Part shown: positions 48,490 to 58,610 of the stretch, piece by piece
Layout: each line of letters starts with the position of its first letter
Numbering within the stretch: position 1 is the stretch's first letter
From: Candidatus Poribacteria bacterium
Lineage (GTDB): Bacteria; Poribacteria; WGA-4E; WGA-3G
Assembly: GCA_965197475.1 (NCBI GenBank)
Contig: CBDANF010000003.1
Location: forward strand, 1,376,001-1,440,000
Length of the DNA: 64,000 nt
Direction of reading: 5' to 3'
Notes under the pieces: model-generated
What the model was told of the DNA's origin: nothing
What the model saw: only the letters and a program-made list of their open reading frames with translations
The model's database searches: none
Program-made: the position numbers and the translations under genes

Positions 48490-49992
48490 CTAGCACAAGT
48501 CGTTAGAATTATTTTGTGTTATCTTTTTGAGATCCCTGAATCGGCAAAATGCATCCGATTTAGAATTAATTTTTCCATCCAATTGTGCTTGAAATAGATC
48601 CCAAAGAATTGTTTCGAAAGTTTTTCCCGGCTTTTCGCCCCACTGAATCAAGTCATCACCTGTAATAATGGGTTGTATCTTCCGCATAGTGCAAAGGTAA
48701 TCTCCAATATTTTTACGTTGTGCCTGCGACAAATTAGCGTCCGAATATCCCAAAGCAAGTGCTTCAAGCGGAAAAGGTTTTAGTACTTGGTAAATTTTGC
48801 TTGGTGCGGTTGTTTCAGTTAAAGAATCCAAAACAGGTATCAATCGGTTATATGCGGTTATCGGTGTCGCCACGCTGTATAGATTTCCATTCCCACAAAC
48901 CAAGGTCGTTTTCGTTTCAGAGTCAACGATGCACCATTTTCCATTTTGGTATCTAACTGTAGCTTTCTTAGAAAACTCAAAACCTAATTTTTCAATAACG
49001 GATAAGTCAACTTGTTCTAATGAGACTCCATGTTGCGCCGCCTGCACCTGGCTAACAATCCTACGAAGTTGATGTGCCAAGACAAGTTTAAAGCATAACG
49101 CCTCTATCTGAAATGTAGGAATACCTTGCAAGTTTCTTGTGCCGAACAGTGCCATCCATCGCACGATATTCGGTTGAAAATCTTCGTCTGGGATATGCTG
49201 TGATGCCCATGAGATTGCTTGTTGTGCAGCTTGGAAATCGCACGAGAAAATAGGAGAGATTTTCCATCCCGGGAAGATAGATTCAAATACGCCAGATTCA
49301 GCAAGTTGATGAACAATTTTCGAAGCATCATCTTCAAGTAAGGCCCTGTCAATTTCATTTCGTATACGTTCACCACTAAGTTGTGCTAATAGTGGTAATG
49401 CTTTCTCAATTAAAAGCACATCGGTTTCAGCAATACAGAAGTTATAACGGCCTGCATATCTGTAAGCGCGAAAGATACGAGTTGGATCATCTATGAAACT
49501 TTTGTTATGAAGAACCCGAATGACACCTGTCTTAAGATCATCAAGTCCACCTGTCTGATCAATAACGCTCCCAAAATCAGTTGTGTCTAACCGCATTGCT
49601 AACGCGTTGATTGAAAAGTCTCTCCGTTGTAAATCGTCTACAATAGACCCACGTTCTACATTAGGTAACGTTCCTGGCTTTTGATACGTTTCACGCCGTG
49701 CAGTGACAAAATCTACTTTCGGTTTATTGGGATCTGCTGGTGTGACGGTTGCTGTACCAAATTGTGGATGTACCTGCAATGTTCCATTCCAACGATTTTG
49801 CAACTGCTCTGCTACTCTGATCGCATCCCCTTCCACAACGATGTCAATGTCAAAAGTTGGTCGTCCCAACAGAAGGTCCCGTACAGATCCACCGACGAGA
49901 AAGGCTTGCTTTCCACTTATCTCACCGATTTCGCGTAAAATCTTTGAGAGCGTTTCTGGAATATTAGGTTCCATTTTTCTTGTCGTGGACAA
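48490..49992 (-). CDS. cca: CCA-adding enzyme / poly(A) polymerase family nucleotidyltransferase
   Basis: LVGGSVRDLLL, DIDIVV, FGTA, DLQRRDFSINA, SFIDDPTRIFRA, SGERI. Confidence 0.88.
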   Translation of the reverse strand: MSTTRKMEPNIPETLSKILREIGEISGKQAFLVGGSVRDLLLGRPTFDIDIVVEGDAIRVAEQLQNRWNGTLQVHPQFGTATVTPADPNKPKVDFVTARRETYQKPGTLPNVERGSIVDDLQRRDFSINALAMRLDTTDFGSVIDQTGGLDDLKTGVIRVLHNKSFIDDPTRIFRAYRYAGRYNFCIAETDVLLIEKALPLLAQLSGERIRNEIDRALLEDDASKIVHQLAESGVFESIFPGWKISPIFSCDFQAAQQAISWASQHIPDEDFQPNIVRWMALFGTRNLQGIPTFQIEALCFKLVLAHQLRRIVSQVQAAQHGVSLEQVDLSVIEKLGFEFSKKATVRYQNGKWCIVDSETKTTLVCGNGNLYSVATPITAYNRLIPVLDSLTETTAPSKIYQVLKPFPLEALALGYSDANLSQAQRKNIGDYLCTMRKIQPIITGDDLIQWGEKPGKTFETILWDLFQAQLDGKINSKSDAFCRFRDLKKITQNNSNDLC

Positions 49993-50001
49993 AGTTGATG
50001 G

Positions 50002-50098
50002 CTAATACCAAATTAACTTGATCTCACTCGGTAGGCGCGCTTTGTAAGCGCGCCTAATAGCCAGAAAAACAAGATAAATCCGGTAAATTTGGTATAAG
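50002..50098. mobile_element. MITE-like element containing a GTAG REP
   Basis: Ends CTAATACCAAATTAAC / GTAAATTTGGTATAAG (14/16 inverted match) around GTAGGCGCGCTT-TGT-AAGCGCGCCTA at 50031-50056. Confidence 0.55.
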
Positions 50099-50129
50099 TA
50101 TGCCGAAGGAAAACGTAAAATCAAGACCA

Positions 50130-50837
50130 TTATACGAACGCCAAAACGCGCGTTGGCGCGCCAGAACTACGCGCTAATTTTAGGGGTGCTATAACCACAT
50201 AGAAATGCGTTGGCAATTGGCTCAAATTGCACAAATCCTCAACATGTGGGATGCCGACTCCGAGAAAGACAAGATGTGCAGGTGGCAAGCCATCATGCAA
50301 CGGTGGGTGCCCCGCCACGGCATCAATGCTGCATGCGTCTGTCCCGATAACTTTTATACCTTTTTGGACGAGGAGTTCAGCCGCATCTTCGCTAAAACCG
50401 ATCCATTCACGGTTAAAGTTGTCTTGATACACGAATCTATCCATTCCGGTCCGCATAAAAACGATGCTATCTTGAGGAATATCTCCGTTTTCATTTACCC
50501 ACGCATTAATATCTTCAGCAGTCACTGCATCATTGGGTTTTTTAATTGCTGAAAAGTCCATCAACACAGCGTGTCCAGTCAATTTCTCTTTCGGAATTTC
50601 AGCGACAGTATATCCATCCGGATACATCAAACAGGGAGTGTCAATATGTGTTGAGCAGTGTCCAGACATGTCAACGCGGCTTTCAAAGTAGCCATCTTTT
50701 TCTAATGTTGCCTGATCATAGATATGAACAGGATCAATCGGTAATTCTCGTGGACTATTTTCGTCAACAATATAAGATAGATCCAGCACATTTTGAAAGT
50801 CAAGGCGCATTTTATGTTTCTCACTCTTTTCTACCAA
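50130..50837 (-). CDS. Cyclase family (kynurenine formamidase-like) metal hydrolase
   Basis: HCSTHIDTP, RTG, IGTDACSID, H..FLG..IPHVEDL, APLKL..SSGAPTRV. Confidence 0.9.
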   Translation of the reverse strand: MVEKSEKHKMRLDFQNVLDLSYIVDENSPRELPIDPVHIYDQATLEKDGYFESRVDMSGHCSTHIDTPCLMYPDGYTVAEIPKEKLTGHAVLMDFSAIKKPNDAVTAEDINAWVNENGDIPQDSIVFMRTGMDRFVYQDNFNREWIGFSEDAAELLVQKGIKVIGTDACSIDAVAGHPPLHDGLPPAHLVFLGVGIPHVEDLCNLSQLPTHFYVVIAPLKLARSSGAPTRVLAFV

Positions 50838-50973
50838 TTATAGATATAGTATAGCACATATCCGCTAAACAATTCAAGTAGATTAGATTGAAATTACTGT
50901 CCATTCTGCAGCCTTAAAAGGTGCATCCGTTTTGGTGTTAATAATGAAACTATTTCGAGAGTTAAGGAGACCC

Positions 50974-51590
50974 ATGCAGAATACAATCACCTACAGACAC
51001 TGGCAGCCTGGCGATGATGACGCTGTTCTGGAACTGTTGGTGCCTTCGGAACAACTTAGTAGCGAAGACAGTTATCGAAATAAGTTCAAAAATTAGCCTG
51101 TTGAAGCAGAAGGGATATGTTTAGCTTTTGTTGATAAAAAGGTTGTAGGGCACGTACTTGGAATGCAGATTTCATGTTACATTCAGGAAAAGATTCAAAA
51201 AATAGGTCTGGTAACACTTGTCTCTGTTGCTCCGAACATGCGTCGTCAAGGTATCGCAACCCGCTTGATGCAGGACCTAAATGCATACTTTGAGAGAAAG
51301 GGTTATCGGGGAAGCATTCTTGATACGGATGAAGAAGCAGCTATTCGATTATACCAAAAGGTCGGATATCGGGCGTTTACAAGAGAATTAGGAACACACC
51401 TTTCACCATATCCGAATTCATCGCAACTCAAATGGACGGAAGTGAATCTAAAAGATTTAAGTGCCATGTCCCAACTGCATAAAAAATGGGGAAGATACAA
51501 TTTTCCAATTAGCTGGAATCCGCAAGGCATGAAGGTGCATCGTTACAATATGAGCGGTTACCGTGTTTTACGTCACGGTAGGAGCATCGT
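50974..51590 (+). pseudogene. GNAT acetyltransferase, nonsense codon and probable 3' truncation
   Basis: AAGGAG RBS and ATG 50974, in-frame TAG at 51094, then VAPNMRRQGIATRLM and AIRLYQKVGY. Coding-like sequence breaks at CTACTATCCACATAAAT (~51590). Confidence 0.8.
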
Positions 51591-51771
51591 CTACTATCCA
51601 CATAAATCGGGCTTAGAAAGCCCTCCCACAAGAGTCGCTCGTGACAATTGAATGGCTCTGAGCATTTTGCAAAGTCAGAGCTGAGGTTCGCTCAGTTTCG
51701 AATTTGGTTGCCATTATGAAAGGGACTACGAATAGGACATACTCTATTATGTGTGCTTATTCGTAAGAACA

Positions 51772-52488
51772 TTATATCAGTTCCGATATCCTAACCCCCT
51801 TTTCATACCTAATTTGGTAAGGAACATCTGGCACCGGTATCCCCCGAATAGCCAACTCACCGAACGTGATAAGCGGTTCAGAAAGCAGAAGCAGCTCATC
51901 AAGAGATTCAGATGGGGTCTTATCGGTTGTGTCCAAAACAATTTTACGTCCTTTTTGGGTAAACAGAGATTTGTCGATCTCCTCCTGAAAAAGGTTTTTG
52001 AGTTTCGGAATATCCTCTGCCTTGATAATCTGATATTCGTGAGGGTTGGCTTTCATTCGTTCCTTAATCGTATTGTCGTTAGCGGTAACGTGAATCAAAA
52101 CCACATCTGGCAACCTTGCCTCCATAACTTGGGTTTCATATCCCCGCTGTGCACGATAGTGATAGTTTCGATAATACGAGCTTTCTGGATCATCGCCATA
52201 GACAGAGGTATAGACTGCCTCCTCAATGTGCCATCCCGCAATAAGCGTATTTGGATAGTTTTTGATTACTTCAACGTGATATTGTATCTGCATCCGTTGC
52301 ATCCGCTCTTTCACGTCATCCGGGAAGCTTATATACGCAGCTCTTGATTCTGCGCTTAGCGTAGAATCCGGGATTGTAAAGTGGTCATCAACGTGTACCG
52401 CTAATTTTCTGTGTTGATAATAGTCTGTCAAAAGGTTTATCAAAGTAGATTTTCCCGCGTATTCAATACCGACAAAAATACATCTCAT
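51772..52488 (-). CDS. P-loop nucleotide kinase-like hypothetical protein
   Basis: GIEYAGKST Walker A, IKERM lid motif; GGAGG RBS. Confidence 0.8.
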   Translation of the reverse strand: MRCIFVGIEYAGKSTLINLLTDYYQHRKLAVHVDDHFTIPDSTLSAESRAAYISFPDDVKERMQRMQIQYHVEVIKNYPNTLIAGWHIEEAVYTSVYGDDPESSYYRNYHYRAQRGYETQVMEARLPDVVLIHVTANDNTIKERMKANPHEYQIIKAEDIPKLKNLFQEEIDKSLFTQKGRKIVLDTTDKTPSESLDELLLLSEPLITFGELAIRGIPVPDVPYQIRYEKGVRISELI

Positions 52489-52602
52489 AAAATACCTCCC
52501 TATTGAATTGATGAATGGTTAGGTTCATAAGTTTACTTTTAGATTTATCACTAAATTGGAAAAATGTCAAGCATTTAGTTATCTCGTTTAATGAAAAGAG
52601 AT

Positions 52603-52631
52603 TTGACAAATGTGTCGTAGGTGAGTATAAT
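52603..52631 (+). promoter_or_regulatory. Consensus sigma70 promoter
   Basis: TTGACA-17bp-TATAAT, 85 nt upstream of 52716. Confidence 0.8.
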
Positions 52632-52715
52632 AGCACGGTATGTTAATGAAATCCCTCTTTGTTAGAAATACTTAACTAACGCATAACAAATAGCAACGCG
52701 AGGACATAAGCGTTT

Positions 52716-53897
52716 ATGTTAGCAGAACAGAAATTACAGTTTCTACAGAAAACAGAGCTTTTTACAGAACTTCCGAGAGCAGGTTTAAAATCAATTTGCG
52801 ATATTGCGCACGAGGTAGTCTGCCCTGCAAATCACACCCTCTTTGAGGAAGGTGCAGAGGGCGATTCACTTTACCTGCTTGTTGATGGCGAAATTAGCAT
52901 CATAAAAGCGGAAACGGAGGTATTATCTTTTAAAGAGAAGGGATATTGTCTCGGTGAAGTCGCCCTAATTGACGATAAACCGAGAAGTGCGACAATTAAA
53001 ACAGTTTCCCCGACGCACCTCCTGCGAATTACTCGGCACGATTTTTACCAAGCATTAGCCCGCGAACCTCTGATCGGTAGAGGAATGTTTCGGGTGCTAA
53101 ATAATAAAATTCGCCATGACCTTGAAATTCAGATGAGTGCAATCCGGAAAGAAGTCGCACAAGAGGAGTCGATGCGGCTTGCCGCCGAGGTACAGCAGTC
53201 AATTTTGCCCAACGAAGAGATTACATACCCGTGTGTAACCTCTGCTGGATATTGTCAACCGACAAACAGTGTTGGTGGTGATTATTACGATTATCTATAT
53301 CTTCCTAACAATCGAGTTGCGATTTTTATCGGTGATGTAATGGGACACGGATTTCATTCCGCTATGGTCGCAGCTATGACGAAAAGTTGCATACAAACGC
53401 AAATCCGTTTTGATGCTTCAGTGCCTGAGGTGATGAAGGCTGTCAAGCGGGTTGCTGAAGAGGATGCACAAACCTTTATTTATATGACATGTTGCTACGT
53501 TATCATCCATCAGGATAATCGGCTTGAGTTTGCCAACGCGGGGCATCCAGCAATGCTTCATTTTCGGGCGAACAGTGAAGAGTGTATTGAATTGGAATCC
53601 CAATTCCCGCCAGTAGGTATTGCGTTACCAAATCAAAATTCGGTGACGCAATACCACAGTACTGAAACGAATTGGGAACCTGGGGACTTACTCGTGCTTT
53701 ATTCGGATGGTATCACTGAAGCTTTTAATGCAGATACTGAGATGTATGGAATTGAGCGGCTCAAAAACCTCTTGTCTGAAAAGCAACATCTGTCTGCTGT
53801 TAAAATTAGGAAAGAGATTCTGTCTGATCTTGAGGCGTATCAGCAAAGTAAAAACCCAGATGATGACATTACGTTAGTTATCGCAAAATTTCTATAG
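52716..53897 (+). CDS. cNMP-binding domain + SpoIIE/PP2C (RsbU-like) phosphatase
   Basis: GEVALIDDKPRSAT; VGGDYYD, GDVMGHG, NAGH, LYSDGITEA, DDITL. Confidence 0.93.
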   Translation: MLAEQKLQFLQKTELFTELPRAGLKSICDIAHEVVCPANHTLFEEGAEGDSLYLLVDGEISIIKAETEVLSFKEKGYCLGEVALIDDKPRSATIKTVSPTHLLRITRHDFYQALAREPLIGRGMFRVLNNKIRHDLEIQMSAIRKEVAQEESMRLAAEVQQSILPNEEITYPCVTSAGYCQPTNSVGGDYYDYLYLPNNRVAIFIGDVMGHGFHSAMVAAMTKSCIQTQIRFDASVPEVMKAVKRVAEEDAQTFIYMTCCYVIIHQDNRLEFANAGHPAMLHFRANSEECIELESQFPPVGIALPNQNSVTQYHSTETNWEPGDLLVLYSDGITEAFNADTEMYGIERLKNLLSEKQHLSAVKIRKEILSDLEAYQQSKNPDDDITLVIAKFL

Positions 53898-53923
53898 TGT
53901 GTGATGATCCTGATCAGGTTGAA

Positions 53924-55189
53924 TTACCGACTCTGCTGTTCAATCTGATTGGCTGCGTAATAGATAATGTTTTCAATGAGTGCTTTGTTCACAGAAACCG
54001 TATACTGATTATCGTTTCGGAGACTGGTGATAATGTAAAGTCCTTTTCCATATCGCCGTGCACCGATAACGAGTTCGTTGCGTTCTTGCGAAGTTGCAAA
54101 TACCTTATCGGTTTTTTCCCAATTCGTCCAAGCATCATCAGTATAGATTTTGCCAGATTGAATTTCGTTCGGAGTGGAGAAAAGCGTGTGACCGTTTTGG
54201 GTAGCAACAAAAAATCTATCTGGCGGACTTTCAACGCCTTTCAAATTGCCCTGCAGCCAACCAACTCCGCACGGTTTTTGTAAAGTACTGTCTTGTCCAG
54301 AAACGATAACAATACCACCATTTTTGACGAAGTTTTTAATTTCTTTCTCTGTCTTTGGGGTAAGGAGGTATCTACCGAAACTTGAAATTTCTTCGTATCC
54401 AATCCATAAAATATCGGCTTCCTGTAAGTTCGGGAGCGTACGCATCTTGGTAGATTCATAAGCCATTGGACGTTTCCCAGTCTTTTTAACATTGCGTAAA
54501 GCCTTGTATTCGTAGGTCATTGAGTTGGTATGGACATGGGTTTGTCCCATAGTAGCAGATGTGCTATTTCCGGTTAAAACCAGAATTTTTACAGCGTTTT
54601 TGGCTGCGGTAACCCACATTTTTCCCGCTAACATGTCGCGAACAACTTTTTGGAACGTTTTTGTCTTACCATTAAAGGTGCGCAACATCATCGGATCAAT
54701 GTGAGTGAAACTCCACCATGAACTACTGTTACCTTGATATCCACGCATTTGAAACCATGTGTTGTCAATAAAGCACATACTATCAATACCGTATTGTTCC
54801 CGATAGAATACGATAATTGGCATGCCCTGTTTAAGTAGTCTTACCATCTTTTGCGGTGAGGTGCCCTGTTGATATTGTCCGGTGGCAAAGTTCATTTTAA
54901 TTTCTTTTAGATAACTTTTGCCCTTCACATCTTCATTGACTTTAATAATAGCCTGCAACCTCCCTGCCTTTACTGAATAAACTTCACCAAAAACGATATT
55001 TGTGCAGGCATCAAGGACTTCTCGAATTGTATACTCACGCTCAATGAAGCCAAGCGCGGGTGATGAAGTGAGGAAACCGATAAGAAATAACGAAACAATC
55101 AATGTTGTTAGGAACTGTGTAAAACGCACTGTCAGACCTCCATGTAGATTGACATCTTTGAATTGTATGATTAATAGAAATTTTATCAT
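53924..55189 (-). CDS. Exported hypothetical protein with C-terminal class I glutamine amidotransferase-like fold (tentative)
   Basis: Signal peptide (true start probably GTG near 55130, VRFTQF); EIKNFVKNGGIVIV and YGKGLYII segments. Confidence 0.7.
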   Translation of the reverse strand: MIKFLLIIQFKDVNLHGGLTVRFTQFLTTLIVSLFLIGFLTSSPALGFIEREYTIREVLDACTNIVFGEVYSVKAGRLQAIIKVNEDVKGKSYLKEIKMNFATGQYQQGTSPQKMVRLLKQGMPIIVFYREQYGIDSMCFIDNTWFQMRGYQGNSSSWWSFTHIDPMMLRTFNGKTKTFQKVVRDMLAGKMWVTAAKNAVKILVLTGNSTSATMGQTHVHTNSMTYEYKALRNVKKTGKRPMAYESTKMRTLPNLQEADILWIGYEEISSFGRYLLTPKTEKEIKNFVKNGGIVIVSGQDSTLQKPCGVGWLQGNLKGVESPPDRFFVATQNGHTLFSTPNEIQSGKIYTDDAWTNWEKTDKVFATSQERNELVIGARRYGKGLYIITSLRNDNQYTVSVNKALIENIIYYAANQIEQQSR

Positions 55190-55402
55190 ATTTATATCAA
55201 TTTGACAACAATTTTGTCAAGTTTCTGTCTGAATCGCGGATTTTCGCAGATTGCACCAAATCAACGGTATGAATGCCTGTTGGCATTCCCCGGATTACGC
55301 GGATTTTGGGAGTCTGACAAATTAGGCGGACAAGGTTTCCTTCCTGCAAAAGAGAAGCCATGGCTAATCTCAAAATTTTACATACCGTAATTTATTTTCA
55401 AC

Positions 55403-55431
55403 TTGAAAATTCTCCAAATTAATATTATAAT
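55403..55431 (+). promoter_or_regulatory. Putative sigma70 promoter at start of defence island
   Basis: TTGAAA-17bp-TATAAT in an AT-rich intergenic region. Confidence 0.55.
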
Positions 55432-55829
55432 GCAATTATTAATAATGTATCCAAATCAAGAATTGATGGATAGGAATTGATCTCTACATGGCAGCGTGAA
55501 ATTGGAGAAAAAATTATGTATAAGAAAAGTATCACAGATCCGTTGGAGGGTGTAACAAGTTCGTTACTGAGCTTTCAAAAACAATTGGAAAATGTCTGCA
55601 GGCTTCCTGAAGTTGTTCCGAATTCTTCTGTTACAAAGTTTTTAAATCAACAAAACAATTAACAATGTTAAGTCCTCTATTGAATCTATCTCTGGTATCA
55701 CCCCAAATTGTCCAAACTATAGTAATATTTATAGCAAGATTGTCCCCGTTATAAGCACATGACGGGATGTCGGTATATATCTTAAGAAATCGCACTTCGT
55801 TTTGGCTTGGGAATTAATAGGGTAATAAT

Positions 55830-58610
55830 TTGCAATTTCAGATAAAAACTATTGGGCACTTACGTTCTCTCTTTACAGATGGACCAGATCCTATCTTCCT
55901 GCTTGGGGCTGGTGCTTCCTACAGTTCAGGTATTCCTCTTGCGGGTGAAATGGTTGAAAAAATAGCAAGATGGGGATACTGTAAGGAAAATAACCTTTCT
56001 ATTGAAGATCCGCGCATACGGCGCAGTGACTGGTATCCGTGGTTAGAAAAACAGAATTGGTATCGGTCAGATTGGGAACGCTCTCAAAATTATCCTTACG
56101 CAATTGAAAACATTCTTCAGCCAAGAGAAGATAGAAGACAATTTTTTCTTGATATCCTGAATACACAAGTGGAACCAGGCGAAGGATATAAATATATGGC
56201 AGAGCTCATGGCGCGTAAACACGTTCGCACCGTTCTTACTACAAACTTTGATAGAATTTTGCAAGAAGTGCACAGAGTAAACCGCAGTATTCATCATGTT
56301 GATATTATCCAAACACCTTCTGAATATAGAAAATTATCCACAAGTCCGCGATATACCCAGATTGTTTACTTACACGGTTCAGTTGAAAATTATAATGACA
56401 AAAATACTTTAGCAGAAACAGCACATCTTGATGAAGGTTTAGTTTCAAGGTTGTTACCACTTTTGAGGGATCATCCTTTGATTGTTATAGGATATCGAGG
56501 CGCGGAAGCTTCCGTAATGAGACATCTTCTCATTGATAACGCTGCGGCTGCAGATGGTTACCGTCATGGGATTTATTGGTGCTCGCGAAATTATATAGAG
56601 GGCGATTCTGACAATCTTCCTTCGTTAGTTCAGGCACTTGCTGGTGAGATCCAAACAAACTTTCAAATTTTTTCTATCAATGGATTTGACGAAGTGATGT
56701 GTACTTTATGGCAGCATGTTCGTCAGCAGAGTACGGATTATCAGCCGCAAATTCCTTCTGTGTCTGAAGAATTATCATTATTTCCTTTTGATTTCCAGAA
56801 ACTTACCGAAGCTGCCTTAGATGATTTTGATTGGCCGACAATGAGAGTTCGGGTGTTTCAGTACTGCGATAGGATGGATATCCGGGTGCCGCCAACTGTC
56901 AACGACGATTGGATTATTCGATTGCTGTGCGATTTAGATCTTGCCTCACCTACTGAAGAAGATAATATTTTTCCAACGGTGGGCGGTTACTTACTTTTTG
57001 CTGCGACTCCGCAGCACTGTATTCGAACCGCCAAAGTTGTCGTACGCATAAATGGGGATCTTGAGTGGATCCAAAACGTATTTGATGTTTCCACCAATCA
57101 AGTAGAACAAAAAATTGAGGGTAACCTTTGGCATCAACTTGACGAGATTTATGCGCTGCTTTCTCGCATTAACCGATCCTTCCTTCTAAAGGAAGGACAA
57201 CACTCAAAATCTGTATATCCCTATCCTCCAGATGCCTTGAGAGAAGTAGTTGTCAACGCACTCGTCCACCGTGACTATAAGAAGGATGAACCAATTGTGA
57301 TTGAAATTGAGCAAAATAGTATCCGTATCCGCAATCCAGGCGGGTTAGTTCAAGACGTTATAGAACAGATGACGGCCACACCTCATAACGAGATAAGAGA
57401 CACGTTTGAAACAAGAATTAAAGGTGGGGGACGGGGTATTCAAGGATATCGGAATCCTGTTGTGTCGGACCTGTTCTATGGCACAGAAGATATGGAAAAA
57501 GCAGGTTCCGGATTACCGGACGTTTGGCAGAAATGCGATGAAAACAAAAATGAGGTGAGTTTTGGACCGATTGATAACAACGCTGCTTTTGAAATAGAAA
57601 TTTCGCGCCGCCCAGAGGCAGTAGATACTATTACTGGAACTGCCTCCAGTAGTAAACACTTCATCCGCTACGCGAGCAATCTTCTTGAAGTAGTTAATCT
57701 ACCGGATGTAGTTTGGCACGCTGGAACTACTGCACGAAAAGCAAAGGATGTATGGGAAAGCACAGAAGCAGATTGGCTGCCTCCATTCATGACTTATGCA
57801 GAAAGGCTTTTTACTTTCGAGAATCTATCAACTTCTGCTAATCCACTTTACACTGCGATTGACACTAACGATATAGGAAAGATAACTATTGAAGAATTTA
57901 TTAACACCTATGATGAGAAGGCCTTTGCCTGGCTACTCAATACATGTTTTTTCAGACACCTTGAAGCACAAGGTCTATTGGTAGACAAAGATCGAAAACG
58001 TGCTTATTTTCCCAAAACAGGCGAAAAATATCGAGAAATCACCTACAAGGCACGTGTCCGCCGTGCTACCCGAAAAGTGGTGAAAAAAAGAAATAATTAT
58101 TGGGAACATAAGTCATTTTGGTTTCGGTTTGAACGCTATGGAAATGTCTGGACCCTACTCTTACTTCCAAGTTATGTTTTTACTACTGATGGAAAAGCAT
58201 CGTATTTGTCTGGTGATTTGGCCAACAAATATTCCACCCGGCTTCAGAGTCACGATTACAACAATGTGGTGCACAACGATCTTGTATTCTGGGCGTGGGT
58301 GCTTTCAGGCGGAAAACATGGTACTTTTGCACTAGACACAGGTGCACCAGAAATAAAATTGGATACGGTTTCAGCAAACAAAATCCATAAAGGCAACGGT
58401 CATCAAATCCTTATTAGAAATAACTTGTCAGCGGTTGTTGCTCCTGTGATGGAATTAGATGAAGCATGGGGAATTGGAGCACTTGAGAAATTGGATACAA
58501 GCGAATTGGCACAGTTAGAGTCAGAAATCTCACAGACGTTTTCGCAATTAGCAGAGGAAGAAGATGTTAATTCAAATGCAAATCAACCAATTACCTACAC
58601 CAGAGATTGA
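55830..58610 (+). CDS. SIR2-like NADase + HATPase_c_4 (RecG-C-terminal-like) + APAZ fusion; short-pAgo effector
   Basis: SIR2: FLLGAGAS..SGIP, LTTNFD, YLHGS, VIGYRG. Middle: YPPDALREVVVNALVHRDY, RNPGGL, YRNPVVSDLF, EKAGSGL. APAZ: SNLLEV..LP, WLLN..F..HL, LLPSYVFTTDG, YNN.VHNDL.FW. Confidence 0.88.
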   Translation: MQFQIKTIGHLRSLFTDGPDPIFLLGAGASYSSGIPLAGEMVEKIARWGYCKENNLSIEDPRIRRSDWYPWLEKQNWYRSDWERSQNYPYAIENILQPREDRRQFFLDILNTQVEPGEGYKYMAELMARKHVRTVLTTNFDRILQEVHRVNRSIHHVDIIQTPSEYRKLSTSPRYTQIVYLHGSVENYNDKNTLAETAHLDEGLVSRLLPLLRDHPLIVIGYRGAEASVMRHLLIDNAAAADGYRHGIYWCSRNYIEGDSDNLPSLVQALAGEIQTNFQIFSINGFDEVMCTLWQHVRQQSTDYQPQIPSVSEELSLFPFDFQKLTEAALDDFDWPTMRVRVFQYCDRMDIRVPPTVNDDWIIRLLCDLDLASPTEEDNIFPTVGGYLLFAATPQHCIRTAKVVVRINGDLEWIQNVFDVSTNQVEQKIEGNLWHQLDEIYALLSRINRSFLLKEGQHSKSVYPYPPDALREVVVNALVHRDYKKDEPIVIEIEQNSIRIRNPGGLVQDVIEQMTATPHNEIRDTFETRIKGGGRGIQGYRNPVVSDLFYGTEDMEKAGSGLPDVWQKCDENKNEVSFGPIDNNAAFEIEISRRPEAVDTITGTASSSKHFIRYASNLLEVVNLPDVVWHAGTTARKAKDVWESTEADWLPPFMTYAERLFTFENLSTSANPLYTAIDTNDIGKITIEEFINTYDEKAFAWLLNTCFFRHLEAQGLLVDKDRKRAYFPKTGEKYREITYKARVRRATRKVVKKRNNYWEHKSFWFRFERYGNVWTLLLLPSYVFTTDGKASYLSGDLANKYSTRLQSHDYNNVVHNDLVFWAWVLSGGKHGTFALDTGAPEIKLDTVSANKIHKGNGHQILIRNNLSAVVAPVMELDEAWGIGALEKLDTSELAQLESEISQTFSQLAEEEDVNSNANQPITYTRD

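Noticed and set aside
9434-51096. Stop-codon recoding to explain in-frame stops
   Set aside because: The internal stops are of all three types (TAA 9434, TGA ~41236, TAG 51094) and co-occur with frameshifts and IS truncations, so decay is the simpler explanation.
51751-52347. 198-aa plus-strand ORF and the many other 60-190 aa antisense ORFs
   Set aside because: Shadows of well-supported genes on the opposite strand, with no motifs or RBS.
55228-55290. Short CGCGGATT-type repeats and TTGACAA..TTGTCAA palindrome (55202-55220) as island att site
   Set aside because: No integrase, tRNA or second copy in the window; more likely a degenerate intergenic repeat and promoter elements.
11613-58610. 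NAD-themed functional cluster (NUDIX, nnr, nadA, SIR2)
   Set aside because: The genes are 5-20 kb apart in unrelated operons; no evidence of linkage.
55830-58610. Calling the effector a Thoeris ThsA, DSR or true RecG helicase
   Set aside because: No SLOG/Macro domain or helicase motifs; the APAZ-like tail and coupled pAgo define the context.
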